IMG/VR virus record: IMGVR_UViG_3300009285_001861
Strand: one strand, 5' to 3'
Length of the DNA stretch: 62,019 nucleotides
DNA from: an uncultured virus (IMG/VR IMGVR_UViG_3300009285_001861)
Taxonomy: Duplodnaviria; Heunggongvirae; Uroviricota; Caudoviricetes
Shown: positions 45,435-55,119 of the stretch, in pieces
How the letters are laid out: every line of letters starts with the position of its first letter
Position numbering within the stretch: position 1 is the first letter of the stretch
Notes under the pieces: model-generated
Told to the model about the DNA's origin: nothing
Database searches by the model: none
The model's input: the letters and a program-made list of their open reading frames with translations, nothing else
Translations under genes and position numbers: made by a program

Positions 45435-48400
45435 ATGAATGCTACATGGTCCAAACTGAGAGATGGCTCCAGGGGGGTCAAGGTTGTAGGCACGCGCGAG
45501 CAACTTGACAGCCTGAAGAACACCTTGGATGCTGGTGGGCCCTTTGATATAGTGGTGGTAACCAACCCACCTAGTGAGGCCAGCACTGAGCAACTGGGTC
45601 CTGTTGAGGACTTTGCCTTCTCTGGTGACACTGGTTTTCTTCTGTGCCACGTGCTCAAGAGGGCCGATGATTCCAAAGCTCCGGCCACAGTGAAGACTTT
45701 GCCATCATTGGCAGAGTTGCTGGCCAATCACGGGCCACTATTCATCCAGCCATTATTCATCCAGGATGTCCTAGCGGTGGATACCATCATCTTCTCAGTT
45801 ACCAGGGACCCGGCGGACATTTTCAAGGTGGACTTCGTAGCTCTCAGGGCATGGTTGGGGAATCAGATCAGTAGATTTGACGATGGCTCTTGGGCACAAT
45901 CCGATGAGGCCACACTAACCAAATTGCTCAAAGGGGTTTTCCCGGGAGGTATTCCGCAATCCATCACCGATTTCAGGGCGGTCGAATCCGATAAGACCTT
46001 CCGGAACTGGGAAGCTTACCTAACACAAAACAGGCTCCTCCTGTTCCCCCGGCAGATGTCCCATGCCGAGGTGAAAGCGGAGATTGAGGCATGGGGAACA
46101 TGGAAGCAGTCTCAAACCCCGTCTCAGACTCTAACGAATCAACAGGCTGCTGCTCTGGTGGGATTTGAACCTCCACGACAGAACTTATTGTCTTCTACGG
46201 GGGCCATGGGAATTTCTGAGTGGGGTAGTGTCAGGGTCACTGATAACTTGGAGTCCCTAGCCAAGGAGTGGGCTGCCCTCAAAGAGAAATCAGCTAATAT
46301 CAAAAAGTCCCTGTGGGGGTTCTATCGGGATCATTCGGACATCCTTAATGCCTCAAAGAATTCAGCGGAGATCCTTCAATGGTCGACCAACTGGGTTGGT
46401 CATCTTATCAAGAGCCAGGGCGATGCCGGGAAAGCCATTCAAAAGGTGGGGGCCGATTTGGAAGTGACCCACGATCTGATTACCCGCACTGAAACCTATG
46501 TTGCCAAGGAACGGGTCAAGGTGCTCGGTCCGGTAAAAGAAGACACCTTAACATCTATGGGCAACTACTGGTCAACCGTATGTGGGACGGAGATGGGCCA
46601 ATGGCTCTCCGGCCTCATCAAGGAGACCACCCCGTTTCTCGGAACCCCCAAGGATATGGGAGCCCACTACCATGTTCCTGCGGACGCTATTGCCCGCACT
46701 GAAGCTTTCATTGCGCGGTCCAAGGAGGAGGCACTGCCAAGGGTTACCCACATGAGCCCACCTTCCCACAGGCCGCATGTAGAGGCATACATCCAACGGG
46801 AACAGAAAAAGCACCCATACCTTAATTCTGATTGGATGCGGGAATGGTTCGACTGGCTAATCAAAGGGGAGGCGGAAATCATAAAAGACGGCCAGGGTGG
46901 CTTCTATGTACGCGGAAGACCAGGGCGACATTTTGCCTTGTCTGAGGATGATAATGGGGAGGAGATCCAGGATATTGTCCGCCTCGAAAGGGGAAAGGGG
47001 GTAACTAATACACCCATGAGCCCTACCGATACAATTGAAGCATTTGCCCAAGAGATTTCCACCGCGGATGCCTTGGTGACCAAAGGGGACCCGCCTCCAC
47101 TGAGCCACTACTTGGAGCTGATCCAGGATTACATTGCCACTCCTGCATGGGCAACTTGGACGGAGCTTTCCAAGAATATCCCCAAACATCGGTCCCTAAG
47201 GCTGGACACGGTTTGTGCAGAAGAGCGAACTAAGGCCAGAGTTGCAAAAGATCAAGACCGTGGCCAAGTCCCTCCTGAGGAGACTATTAGGAATTTGGCT
47301 AAGGAGATTGCCAAATTCCGTGGGGACAAAAATGACGCCTACTATGCTACGGAAATTGAGTGGGACCTCAGTGCCAGAACTTGGCAGTCCTGGGCAGGGA
47401 CCGCCTCGGATCTTCCGGCAGACCTTCTGACTCGAATTGACAGCTTCACTCGTCTACCCTCAGCCCGCGCACATTATATCCGCACAAGCCCGGTTGACAA
47501 TCTACGGGACCGGATGCTGGCCAAAGGGCATGCCTTTCGGGCACGAAAGGCTCCTTCCGATGCAAACATTTGGGAATATCAGGTTTGGTCCCCCAAATCT
47601 GGCCATGCCCAAACCCAGTGGCTCCGTAACCCCAGCACTCTCGGCATCAATGAGGTTACTGACTGGGTGCAGGCCCAGCTCCCCTACACTGGGCTGGCCA
47701 ACTCCCAAGAAGACCTAAAAACCCTGTTGTATGAGGCACGTAGGTGGTATGCTGGTGGCAAATGGGCTGTTAAGGCCTCCCAGGACTCCATAATGAGCCT
47801 GCCCGACATCCTCCGTGAACATCAAGTTGTTATTCGAGCTGACAAAAACGAAAATGATGTTTCACTGATAGGTCTGTGGGAACCACATACCGGAGTGTGG
47901 GTACTCCCGCCGAAGAGGGCCACCTACCTTATACCCCTGAAGGAATGTCTCCACGCTCAATATGGCGTGGAGTGGATCCCCAGTAATCTGAAACATTTGG
48001 ATAAGGAGTTGGATAAGGCAATTGAAGACCTGGAGATCCGCCAAGGCCTCAAAATGACGGTTACCGGTTTCTTGGCCGAGAATGACCTGATTGTTGAGGC
48101 GGTCAAAACCGATACGGGAGATGTCTGGTATGGACTGTGGGACCTGGAAACAGAGAAGTACAGTGTGGATCCCTGTAGCCTTCCCAGATTGAAGGATCGG
48201 ATCCAGCATCTTTGTGGGGAATTCAAATGGTCTGACATCTCTGACGAAGGTCTGACCAATGAAGACCAGCTATCCGATGAAATAGAGTTTGCAGAAACCA
48301 AGCTGAAGAAAGCCATCCAACAGGCTCAAGTGTACATGGGGACCGCCAACCCCTCCTGTGAGCCTGCCACAGGGATTGCCCAACAAGTAGCCAAAAAGAC

Positions 48401-48989
48401 CAAAACTCAACGGGTCATGGCGACGGCCAAGACTGAAGCCGGTAGGGCAGCTAACAGGGTGGCAGCAAGGCAGCTCGCCAAGGCGGTCAGAGACCCGCTA
48501 CTGGAGTTCCTGACACAGGTCCTGGGGGCCAATAAGCGCAAGGCGATGGCCTTCCTGGCCAGCCCCTCCGGACTCGCAATCACCAAGCTCCTGCTGGGTA
48601 CAGGACTGGGCATGCTTCCCATGTCCCAATATCAGGACACTGGGGACGCCTTCCTGCCTGCCAACAAACTGGCCCTCATTGCCTCCGTGATGCGTGACGA
48701 TGGCATGGCCGACCTTGGAGACAACGCCCTGGACCTGATCACCAGCCCCCTGTTCAAGCGTGCAGGTGTCCTGTTGGCCACCATCAATGCTATGGCCGAT
48801 GAGCCCGCTGTCGGGGGTGAGAAGGCAGTTGAGAAGGCAGTTGAGAAGATTAGGGTAAGTGTGGCTTCCGAGGATGCCCCAGCCAAGAAGACCAAGCGGG
48901 TTCGAGTCAAGGTCGAGCCTAAGGTTGAGGAACCCGAGCTGGAATTCGACGAGATTGAAGTGGAACTAGGGGAAATGCAGGCATCCTAG
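45435..48989 (+). CDS. Giant modular protein C (1184 aa) with family repeats and C-terminal domain
   Basis: DNLESLAKE, DTIEAFAQE, ETIRNLAKE repeats; RQLAKAVRDPLLEFL C-terminal domain. Confidence 0.85.
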   Translation: MNATWSKLRDGSRGVKVVGTREQLDSLKNTLDAGGPFDIVVVTNPPSEASTEQLGPVEDFAFSGDTGFLLCHVLKRADDSKAPATVKTLPSLAELLANHGPLFIQPLFIQDVLAVDTIIFSVTRDPADIFKVDFVALRAWLGNQISRFDDGSWAQSDEATLTKLLKGVFPGGIPQSITDFRAVESDKTFRNWEAYLTQNRLLLFPRQMSHAEVKAEIEAWGTWKQSQTPSQTLTNQQAAALVGFEPPRQNLLSSTGAMGISEWGSVRVTDNLESLAKEWAALKEKSANIKKSLWGFYRDHSDILNASKNSAEILQWSTNWVGHLIKSQGDAGKAIQKVGADLEVTHDLITRTETYVAKERVKVLGPVKEDTLTSMGNYWSTVCGTEMGQWLSGLIKETTPFLGTPKDMGAHYHVPADAIARTEAFIARSKEEALPRVTHMSPPSHRPHVEAYIQREQKKHPYLNSDWMREWFDWLIKGEAEIIKDGQGGFYVRGRPGRHFALSEDDNGEEIQDIVRLERGKGVTNTPMSPTDTIEAFAQEISTADALVTKGDPPPLSHYLELIQDYIATPAWATWTELSKNIPKHRSLRLDTVCAEERTKARVAKDQDRGQVPPEETIRNLAKEIAKFRGDKNDAYYATEIEWDLSARTWQSWAGTASDLPADLLTRIDSFTRLPSARAHYIRTSPVDNLRDRMLAKGHAFRARKAPSDANIWEYQVWSPKSGHAQTQWLRNPSTLGINEVTDWVQAQLPYTGLANSQEDLKTLLYEARRWYAGGKWAVKASQDSIMSLPDILREHQVVIRADKNENDVSLIGLWEPHTGVWVLPPKRATYLIPLKECLHAQYGVEWIPSNLKHLDKELDKAIEDLEIRQGLKMTVTGFLAENDLIVEAVKTDTGDVWYGLWDLETEKYSVDPCSLPRLKDRIQHLCGEFKWSDISDEGLTNEDQLSDEIEFAETKLKKAIQQAQVYMGTANPSCEPATGIAQQVAKKTKTQRVMATAKTEAGRAANRVAARQLAKAVRDPLLEFLTQVLGANKRKAMAFLASPSGLAITKLLLGTGLGMLPMSQYQDTGDAFLPANKLALIASVMRDDGMADLGDNALDLITSPLFKRAGVLLATINAMADEPAVGGEKAVEKAVEKIRVSVASEDAPAKKTKRVRVKVEPKVEEPELEFDEIEVELGEMQAS

Positions 48990-49027
48990 GATTTCCCTAA
49001 AAAGTTGTCTTCTCGTGCCGATAGGGG
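48990..49027 (+). promoter_or_regulatory. Sigma28-like phage promoter, copy 11
   Basis: GATTTCCC-TAAA-N15-GCCGATAG-GG. Confidence 0.8.
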
Positions 49028-49059
49028 GTGTAAGGATCATCACCCAAGGACCACGGCAC

Positions 49060-49464
49060 ATGCGAAGCTATGAACCGATCTTGACCCCAGCCCAGGCCAT
49101 CTCCCTTACCGAGAAGGAAGAGGAGACCCTCGCCAGTGAAATCCAGACCATCAACATGACCCTGCGCAAGCGGTTCAACGGCATGGATCCGGTGGACGTC
49201 ACGTTTACGTCCCATTCCTACCGGGTGCGGGACCATCTGGAAAACTGGATCACAAGTTCGGGCCACTGGGCCATCACCAAAATGGTGTATGACCACATGG
49301 AACCCAACATGACCCGTGAGCCCACGGACATGGTTCTGGGCCAGGGAGTTGGCGGCCCCTACCGGCAAGGGCCTCCGGGACCCCGGGATGGGGCCGCCCC
49401 CCACGCTCGTGTCACCCTCACGGCCCTCAACCCCGTGGACGTGGTGGGCTGTGGGATGGGCTGA
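49060..49464 (+). CDS. Hypothetical protein
   Basis: AAGGA RBS; first gene after promoter copy 11. Confidence 0.6.
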   Translation: MRSYEPILTPAQAISLTEKEEETLASEIQTINMTLRKRFNGMDPVDVTFTSHSYRVRDHLENWITSSGHWAITKMVYDHMEPNMTREPTDMVLGQGVGGPYRQGPPGPRDGAAPHARVTLTALNPVDVVGCGMG

Positions 49465-49479
49465 AACCAGGAGAAACCA

Positions 49480-50355
49480 ATGTCATACATGCATTTGACC
49501 AATCTATACCGACCCGAGGGTCAGACCATCCTGCTGTTCCGCGAGTGCTATTCCATGGAAAAAATCCATGGAACTTCAGCACATATCTCGTGGAAGGAAG
49601 GGAAGCTCCACTTCTCGTCAGGTGGGGAGTCCCACAACAAGTTCGTTTCCCTGTTCGAGGAGGTGGCTCTGGTGGCAGCCTTCGAGGCCATGGGGCATCC
49701 GGAGGTGGTTGTGTTTGGGGAAGCCTACGGGGGCAACCAACAGGGACAATCGTGGCGCTATGGGCCGAACTCCAAGTTCATTGCCTTTGAGGTCAAGGTA
49801 GGTGACAGCTGGTTGTCGGTCCCCTCCGCGGATGATGTGGCCAAGAAGCTGAGCCTGGAGTTCGTCCACTATGTGAAGATCTCCACAGACCTAGCTGCCA
49901 TCGATGCAGAGAGGGACGCACCCTCCGAGCAGGCCCGGCGCAACGGAGTCGTTGGTGACCAGCCTCGGGAGGGAGTAGTGCTGCGCCCGCTGGTTGAGGT
50001 GACCCTGAACGATGGCGAGCGGGTAATGGCCAAGCACAAGCGAGATGCCGAGCGGGAAACCACCAAAATCCGTAAGGTTGTGGACCCTTCCCAGCTTGAG
50101 GTCCTGACCAAGGCCACCGAGATCGCCGAGGAATGGGTCACCCCCACCCGTCTTCAGCATGTCCTGGACAAGCTCCCACAGGGTATTGGGATCGAGAAGA
50201 CTGGGGATGTGATCGCGGCCATGATCGAGGATGTCATCCGGGAGGCCAAGGGGGAGATTGTGGACAGCAAAGAAGCCCGCAAGGCCATTGGCCAGAAATC
50301 AGCCCAGCTTTTCAAGGCTCTGTGCAAGGAATCTCTAGAAAAGTTCCGAGCTTAG
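49480..50355 (+). CDS. RNA ligase, Rnl2-like nucleotidyltransferase
   Basis: EKIHGTS (I), FGEAYG (III), FIAFEV (IIIa), REGVVLRP (IV), AKHK (V). Confidence 0.85.
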   Translation: MSYMHLTNLYRPEGQTILLFRECYSMEKIHGTSAHISWKEGKLHFSSGGESHNKFVSLFEEVALVAAFEAMGHPEVVVFGEAYGGNQQGQSWRYGPNSKFIAFEVKVGDSWLSVPSADDVAKKLSLEFVHYVKISTDLAAIDAERDAPSEQARRNGVVGDQPREGVVLRPLVEVTLNDGERVMAKHKRDAERETTKIRKVVDPSQLEVLTKATEIAEEWVTPTRLQHVLDKLPQGIGIEKTGDVIAAMIEDVIREAKGEIVDSKEARKAIGQKSAQLFKALCKESLEKFRA

Positions 50356-50368
50356 GTGTAAGTAGAGC

Positions 50369-50611
50369 ATGAAAGCTCAAGTTACACTGCCCGTTACAGC
50401 CACTCGAATCCAAGGATCCTCACGGTATTCCATCCGCCTAGGTGGCCTCAAGGTTGCTGAGGTATCCAGGGATCCGGATACAGGCTGGTTCTGGGACTAT
50501 TCCTTCTACAGAAGCCGATGCATTGCCTGGGAAGAAGAGCAAATGGGTTCCTTGGTGGACGCCATCCATGTGGCCATGGGGTCCACATCGGTGCAACGGA
50601 ACGACTGGTAA
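50369..50611 (+). CDS. Hypothetical small protein
   Basis: ORF in chain. Confidence 0.5.
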   Translation: MKAQVTLPVTATRIQGSSRYSIRLGGLKVAEVSRDPDTGWFWDYSFYRSRCIAWEEEQMGSLVDAIHVAMGSTSVQRNDW

Positions 50612-50627
50612 GCCTTGGGGGAATGCC

Positions 50628-50876
50628 ATGACTGAGCAACACATTTTCCTGGCAGCCATATTCCTGAGTCTTGTCGTGGTTTTGATCCCCTGGCAGGTGT
50701 CAAATCACATCTCCAAGCGACTGATCCAACAGGAAACAGAGCACCTGGACCAGTGGGGTGCCACCTGGGGCGTGTCCCGATTCCTGGATGAGCCAAACGA
50801 CAGCTACCGCCACCGGATTCTTGTATACATTCTGTGGGGTTCCAACCCACCTGACTACACGAAGAGGATATCATGA
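50628..50876 (+). CDS. Small membrane protein with baseplate-wedge-like motif
   Basis: TM IFLAAIFLSLVVVLIPW; LDQWGATWGVSRFLDEPNDSYRHRIL. Confidence 0.5.
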   Translation: MTEQHIFLAAIFLSLVVVLIPWQVSNHISKRLIQQETEHLDQWGATWGVSRFLDEPNDSYRHRILVYILWGSNPPDYTKRIS

Positions 50877-51184
50877 GCTACGAAGGCTATGTCCAATGCA
50901 TTTGTAAGTCCGGCCACTACGAAGAGCAGCCGGAGCCTTACGGGGAAGAACTGGCCCCCTGCTGCGTCTGTGAGGCGGATATCGCTTGGGCCAACAGGGT
51001 GGACCAGACCAACTGCGACAACTATGGGGAAATCCCCTTCCGGGTCATCCATGAAAAGTTCCTGGTTTGTTCTGCAATCACGCAGACTTGCAACCTGGGG
51101 CACAAACATGTGATCTCCGAGGAGGTGTTTCGGGTCCCGACCCAGGACGAAACGGACCCCCTTCGGGTCTATTCGGCCGATTGA
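50873..51184 (+). CDS. Cys-rich hypothetical phage protein
   Basis: MSYEGYVQCICKSGH...VDQTN. Confidence 0.6.
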   Translation: MSYEGYVQCICKSGHYEEQPEPYGEELAPCCVCEADIAWANRVDQTNCDNYGEIPFRVIHEKFLVCSAITQTCNLGHKHVISEEVFRVPTQDETDPLRVYSAD

Positions 51185-51216
51185 ACTAAAAAGTTGCCTC
51201 CCCGTGCCGATAGGGG
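51179..51216 (+). promoter_or_regulatory. Sigma28-like phage promoter, copy 12
   Basis: GATTGAAC-TAAA-N15-GCCGATAG-GG. Confidence 0.8.
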
Positions 51217-51230
51217 GTGTAGGAGAGCAC

Positions 51231-51668
51231 ATGACGACGTTGCAGGTACTGGTTCGCAAGACCAACGAGGGAGTGACATTCACGCTGATTGGCAAGCGGG
51301 GCAAGTCCCTGCGGACCAACACAGATGTGCGTCAGCGGGCCGTCTCGCTTGCGGAGGCCCGATGGCGGGAGGGTGCCCTGAAGGCCGCCGCGGAGCTGGG
51401 CATCGCGGACTCCGGCTACATCACGGACTTGAGCAAAGGCCGTTACCGTCATCTGTCCAACAGCTGTGGCCATACCCTGGCACTGGAGCCCTGGGGGTTC
51501 GCCCGCAAGCGCGAGGATGGCACCATCGGCATGAACGACACAGGCTCAACCCCCACGGACTTCCGGGCCCGTGTGCTCCTCGCCTGGGAGGCTCCCCTCA
51601 CCGAAATTGAGGTGGAGCCCAGGTGCTACAAGTTCGAGTCCGTCTGGGACATCGAGGCGCCCTCGTGA
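51231..51668 (+). CDS. Hypothetical protein
   Basis: AGGAG RBS; first gene after promoter copy 12. Confidence 0.65.
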   Translation: MTTLQVLVRKTNEGVTFTLIGKRGKSLRTNTDVRQRAVSLAEARWREGALKAAAELGIADSGYITDLSKGRYRHLSNSCGHTLALEPWGFARKREDGTIGMNDTGSTPTDFRARVLLAWEAPLTEIEVEPRCYKFESVWDIEAPS

Positions 51669-51753
51669 AATTCGGAACCGAGGTACTGGTCATCCGGGCT
51701 CACCTCTCTTTTGCCAAACAGGCGGAGAAGATGGTGCGTGAGCACATCTGGAC

Positions 51754-53862
51754 ATGGGCCAAGTAGCCATGCTTGATCCCATCATCCATCAACTCCTCAA
51801 CGAGGCGGCCACCAAGTGGATGGCCGTCACAGGAACGAACCCTGACCGAACTTCTTTCCGGGTCCGTTTCGATGGGGGTTGGGATGACCTGGACCTTGAC
51901 CACTTCTTGAAGGACATCAATCAGGCCCAAGAGCTGGACCCGTCTGGAATCACCACCTTCATGCTCCTCAGGGGTGCCGCCGAGTCCTACCTGAAGGACC
52001 TCAACATCTCGGCCATGGACTTTCTCACCAAGCCCCTGGAGGTTGAGGCCAAAGTGGCCCCCCTCCGTGAACTGCGGGAACTCCTTGAGAACGAGCATGT
52101 GATCCAGACCATTGAAGACTTCATGGGCTGGATCCGGGCTGCCTCCGCCCACTATGGTCTGTCTGAGCAGCACAACAAGGCCCTTGACAAGCTCATGGCC
52201 AACAAGCTGCAACTGGCCTATGTGCGTCGGGATGCCCTCCGCTCCATCGAGACACTACAGGCCAACCAATTCGTGCACGGGAAGGCCGACACCAAGGACC
52301 TCAAGTACAATCCTGGGGTCTATGAGTTCTGGAACGTCAACAGCCTCGTCAAGGCCATGCAAGCGCAGCTGCTGTCCGGGATCACCCTCTGTATGGTTCG
52401 GGACCCAGGGGAGCCCATGTTCTCGTTCTTCTGTATTGCCATCCGGAACGGGCAGAGCCTGACGGTTCTCTGTGACCAGGAGTCCCTCCCGCACCCAGGG
52501 GCCAAGCGGATGTCCAGGCGACCAGACCGAATACTTAGCAAACGAGCAGAGCGGCACCGGTTCCCCTATGATCTCCTGGACCTTCAGACCCCCGCTGATG
52601 GCAAGGACCAGTACATCAAGGACTCGAAGGAACTGGTCCCCATCAATGTCACTGGGGTCAAACTGACTTCTCTTGGGGAGCTGCACCCGGACACCTTTGT
52701 CTGGCTGACGATGCTCTTCGAGCTGATCAAGGAGCGGTATGGGACCCAGAACCTCCAGCTTCCAGAGACATCCTACACTGGAGAGATGATTGTGAACCCC
52801 CATGCCCTTGTGGACACACATGGGGCACTTGTGAAGGACGGGCAGTACCAGCCCATTGAACTCCCACCCCTCCGGGGGGAAGATGTTACGGCCGAGACTA
52901 CGGCGGACCAGTGGGTAGAGGAGCCCCGGCACTACAATCGATGGATGATGGAGCGGTATGCCAGTCAGGTCCCGGAGGCTGTTCTCAACCCGGTTGGGGC
53001 TGAGCAACTGCTGACTTTGGGATCTGGAGAGACTGGGCTCACTTTCTCCAAGTCGGAAGAGACCGGACACAATACCCTTGAGGGTGGGCACCTCAATGGG
53101 TCTTGCCTTCAACGGTACCCAGTGGAGTTCGAGACCATGGACCCCATCACATTCGGGACCAAAGAAACGCTGGTCCGGGATCGCCTCTGGGTGGCCAGGA
53201 TGAACCAAGTCAAGGTTGTTGAGGCCTTGGCCCTGAAGGAGTTTGACGAGACCAAGGATGCTGTTCTCCAGTGGTACCAAAAGGCGGTTGCCAAGAATGT
53301 TGGGCCCCTAGTTGAGGCTGCGGTGCGGGGGACGTTTGTGCTGCCATCACTGCAACCTAAGAACGGTGAGTGGGCCTGGGCACGGGATTTGGTTATGGTA
53401 ACCCGAGAGTGCTTGGATCAAGGAACCCGCAAGAACATGCACTTCCATGCCTACAGCAAAGTGGGCATGGACAAGGGGTGCCACCTGTCCAGGTACAACA
53501 GTGGATCCCTGTTCATTTGTGGTGGGTCCAGGAATCCCTATTCTGGAGCCACCAACTTCTACTGTTATGGGGAGGGTCTCACGGTTGCTTCGGTGTACAC
53601 CAAGATCAAACCAGATTGCCCTGAGGCTCTTGCGGTCCTGTGTGGGCTGTCCTCGGTGGAGGAACTCCCCTGGCAGCTTCGACATTGGAGCACCGAAGAG
53701 CCTTACGTTGGGAACCCCATCCTGAACCGGTTGGACCCCGAGGAGTGGAACCTCGACAACCCATGGAAGAGCCTTGAGCTCGAAATCTGGATCATGCTGA
53801 GCAAGAACTACATTCACAGCCAGCGCAAGGCATTGGGATTGCCACGAGCGACGTGGGGGTAA
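51754..53862 (+). CDS. Large hypothetical protein (702 aa)
   Basis: Long ORF; no motif recognised. Confidence 0.75.
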   Translation: MGQVAMLDPIIHQLLNEAATKWMAVTGTNPDRTSFRVRFDGGWDDLDLDHFLKDINQAQELDPSGITTFMLLRGAAESYLKDLNISAMDFLTKPLEVEAKVAPLRELRELLENEHVIQTIEDFMGWIRAASAHYGLSEQHNKALDKLMANKLQLAYVRRDALRSIETLQANQFVHGKADTKDLKYNPGVYEFWNVNSLVKAMQAQLLSGITLCMVRDPGEPMFSFFCIAIRNGQSLTVLCDQESLPHPGAKRMSRRPDRILSKRAERHRFPYDLLDLQTPADGKDQYIKDSKELVPINVTGVKLTSLGELHPDTFVWLTMLFELIKERYGTQNLQLPETSYTGEMIVNPHALVDTHGALVKDGQYQPIELPPLRGEDVTAETTADQWVEEPRHYNRWMMERYASQVPEAVLNPVGAEQLLTLGSGETGLTFSKSEETGHNTLEGGHLNGSCLQRYPVEFETMDPITFGTKETLVRDRLWVARMNQVKVVEALALKEFDETKDAVLQWYQKAVAKNVGPLVEAAVRGTFVLPSLQPKNGEWAWARDLVMVTRECLDQGTRKNMHFHAYSKVGMDKGCHLSRYNSGSLFICGGSRNPYSGATNFYCYGEGLTVASVYTKIKPDCPEALAVLCGLSSVEELPWQLRHWSTEEPYVGNPILNRLDPEEWNLDNPWKSLELEIWIMLSKNYIHSQRKALGLPRATWG

Positions 53863-53865
53863 CAC

Positions 53866-54087
53866 ATGGCTGACGAACACAAGCATAACTGGAAGCCAGT
53901 CCCGAACGAGTTTCGTTGCTACACCTGTAACTGTGGTAAAACTGGCTTCCGGCGCAGTCTCGGGGAGCCAATTCGGGAACACAAGAAGCCCCGTGATTAC
54001 CATAGACTTGGGCAAACCCACATCAGCAGTACAGCACTGGCCACTGGGGCGAACCGCACAGGTAAACGCGGTCCTGGCGGCTGGTAG
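53866..54087 (+). CDS. Small Zn-binding hypothetical protein
   Basis: HKHNW...YTCNCG. Confidence 0.55.
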   Translation: MADEHKHNWKPVPNEFRCYTCNCGKTGFRRSLGEPIREHKKPRDYHRLGQTHISSTALATGANRTGKRGPGGW

Positions 54088-54104
54088 AGAAGAGGTTACC
54101 GCCT

Positions 54105-54305
54105 ATGGCCCACCAGCACCAATGGAAGTTCCAGGTCTCCTTGTTTGTTGAACTGCCAGCAGAGGCATTTCACCATGTCAACAAAGGCCAACTGAGACTC
54201 AAGGCAACGAAGATTCTTGGTGCTGGATGGGATAGGGTCACCATCGCCTATTGCGATTGTGGGAAGGCCACAAAAGACCTCTCCGTGCTGTGTAAGGGCA
54301 AATGA
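54105..54305 (+). CDS. Small hypothetical protein
   Basis: GAGG RBS; HQHQW...CDCG. Confidence 0.5.
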   Translation: MAHQHQWKFQVSLFVELPAEAFHHVNKGQLRLKATKILGAGWDRVTIAYCDCGKATKDLSVLCKGK

Positions 54306-54571
54306 TGCGCGACCTGTGTGCATGTGGTCGCCAGATTTACTCCCGTTGGTTCAAGCGCCATGTCCGCAAATGCACGGCGGCTCTGGTACGCATAGGCCTC
54401 GCGGGCGGTGGGAACAGTGTTGCATATTGTGATGAGCGGCTCCTTCACAACAGGCCAGTGGGCTGTACCTGTGGGGCTGTTGACTGGGAAGGAATCGCAG
54501 TTCCCCGACCCTGTTCAGTGTGCGTTGCAAGCGTGGGGGAAACCAAACAATCATGGGCAAGGTCACTATGA
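54302..54571 (+). CDS. Small Cys-rich hypothetical protein
   Basis: Coupled at both ends. Confidence 0.5.
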   Translation: MMRDLCACGRQIYSRWFKRHVRKCTAALVRIGLAGGGNSVAYCDERLLHNRPVGCTCGAVDWEGIAVPRPCSVCVASVGETKQSWARSL

Positions 54572-55076
54572 AGACTGACAAGGTAGAAAAGGTTTGCTTG
54601 TTCGATATGGACGGGACCCTGGTGGGCTACAGTCAGCAGATGCTGTTGGACCTACAGAAGCTGGCGTTCCCCGGGGAACCCCCACCCCAACTGGACTGGG
54701 CCATGATGGGTCCCAAGGGAACGGTGGGGGCAGAGATGCCCCCTACCTGGAGAACCGGATCCGGCTCATCAAGTCACAGAGGGATTGGTGGTTCAACCTC
54801 CCACGAATTGAGTCAGGCTTCAAGGTCTTGGACATGGCCCGAGAGATTGGGTTCAAAATCCGCATCCTGACCAAGGGCCCCCGCCACACCCCACAGGCAT
54901 GGGCCGAGAAGCTCCTGTGGTGCCAGAAGAACATCGGGATCATGCCGAGCACCGAATACAACCAGCATTTCACCCACAGGAACTTGGTCAAGTATCCCCA
55001 GGGGCCTACACAATATGATGCTCCATACTGGCTTGCTGTGCAGAAAAGACTCCAAGCAGCCTACGATAGGGAGTAA
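54568..55076 (+). pseudogene. HAD-superfamily 5'(3')-nucleotidase-like gene, frameshifted and apparently internally deleted
   Basis: FDMDGTL (motif I) in one frame; WWFNLP...ILTKGP...AWAEKLLWC in another; junction at C5 run 54739-54743; no DD motif IV. Confidence 0.7.
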
Positions 55077-55119
55077 CATTCAACATAAACACGAAGCACC
55101 CTGAACCCAAGGAAACCAC

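Noticed and set aside
48819..48848. 12-bp tandem repeat (EKAV)
   Set aside because: In-frame low-complexity tail of giant protein C
51632..51641. GTTCGAGTCC T-loop-like sequence (tRNA?)
   Set aside because: Inside a coding region with no cloverleaf or acceptor stem
52255..53280. Long antisense ORFs in the track (also 23682..24614, 25946..26788)
   Set aside because: Shadows of real genes in GC-rich DNA; no motifs, RBS or coupling
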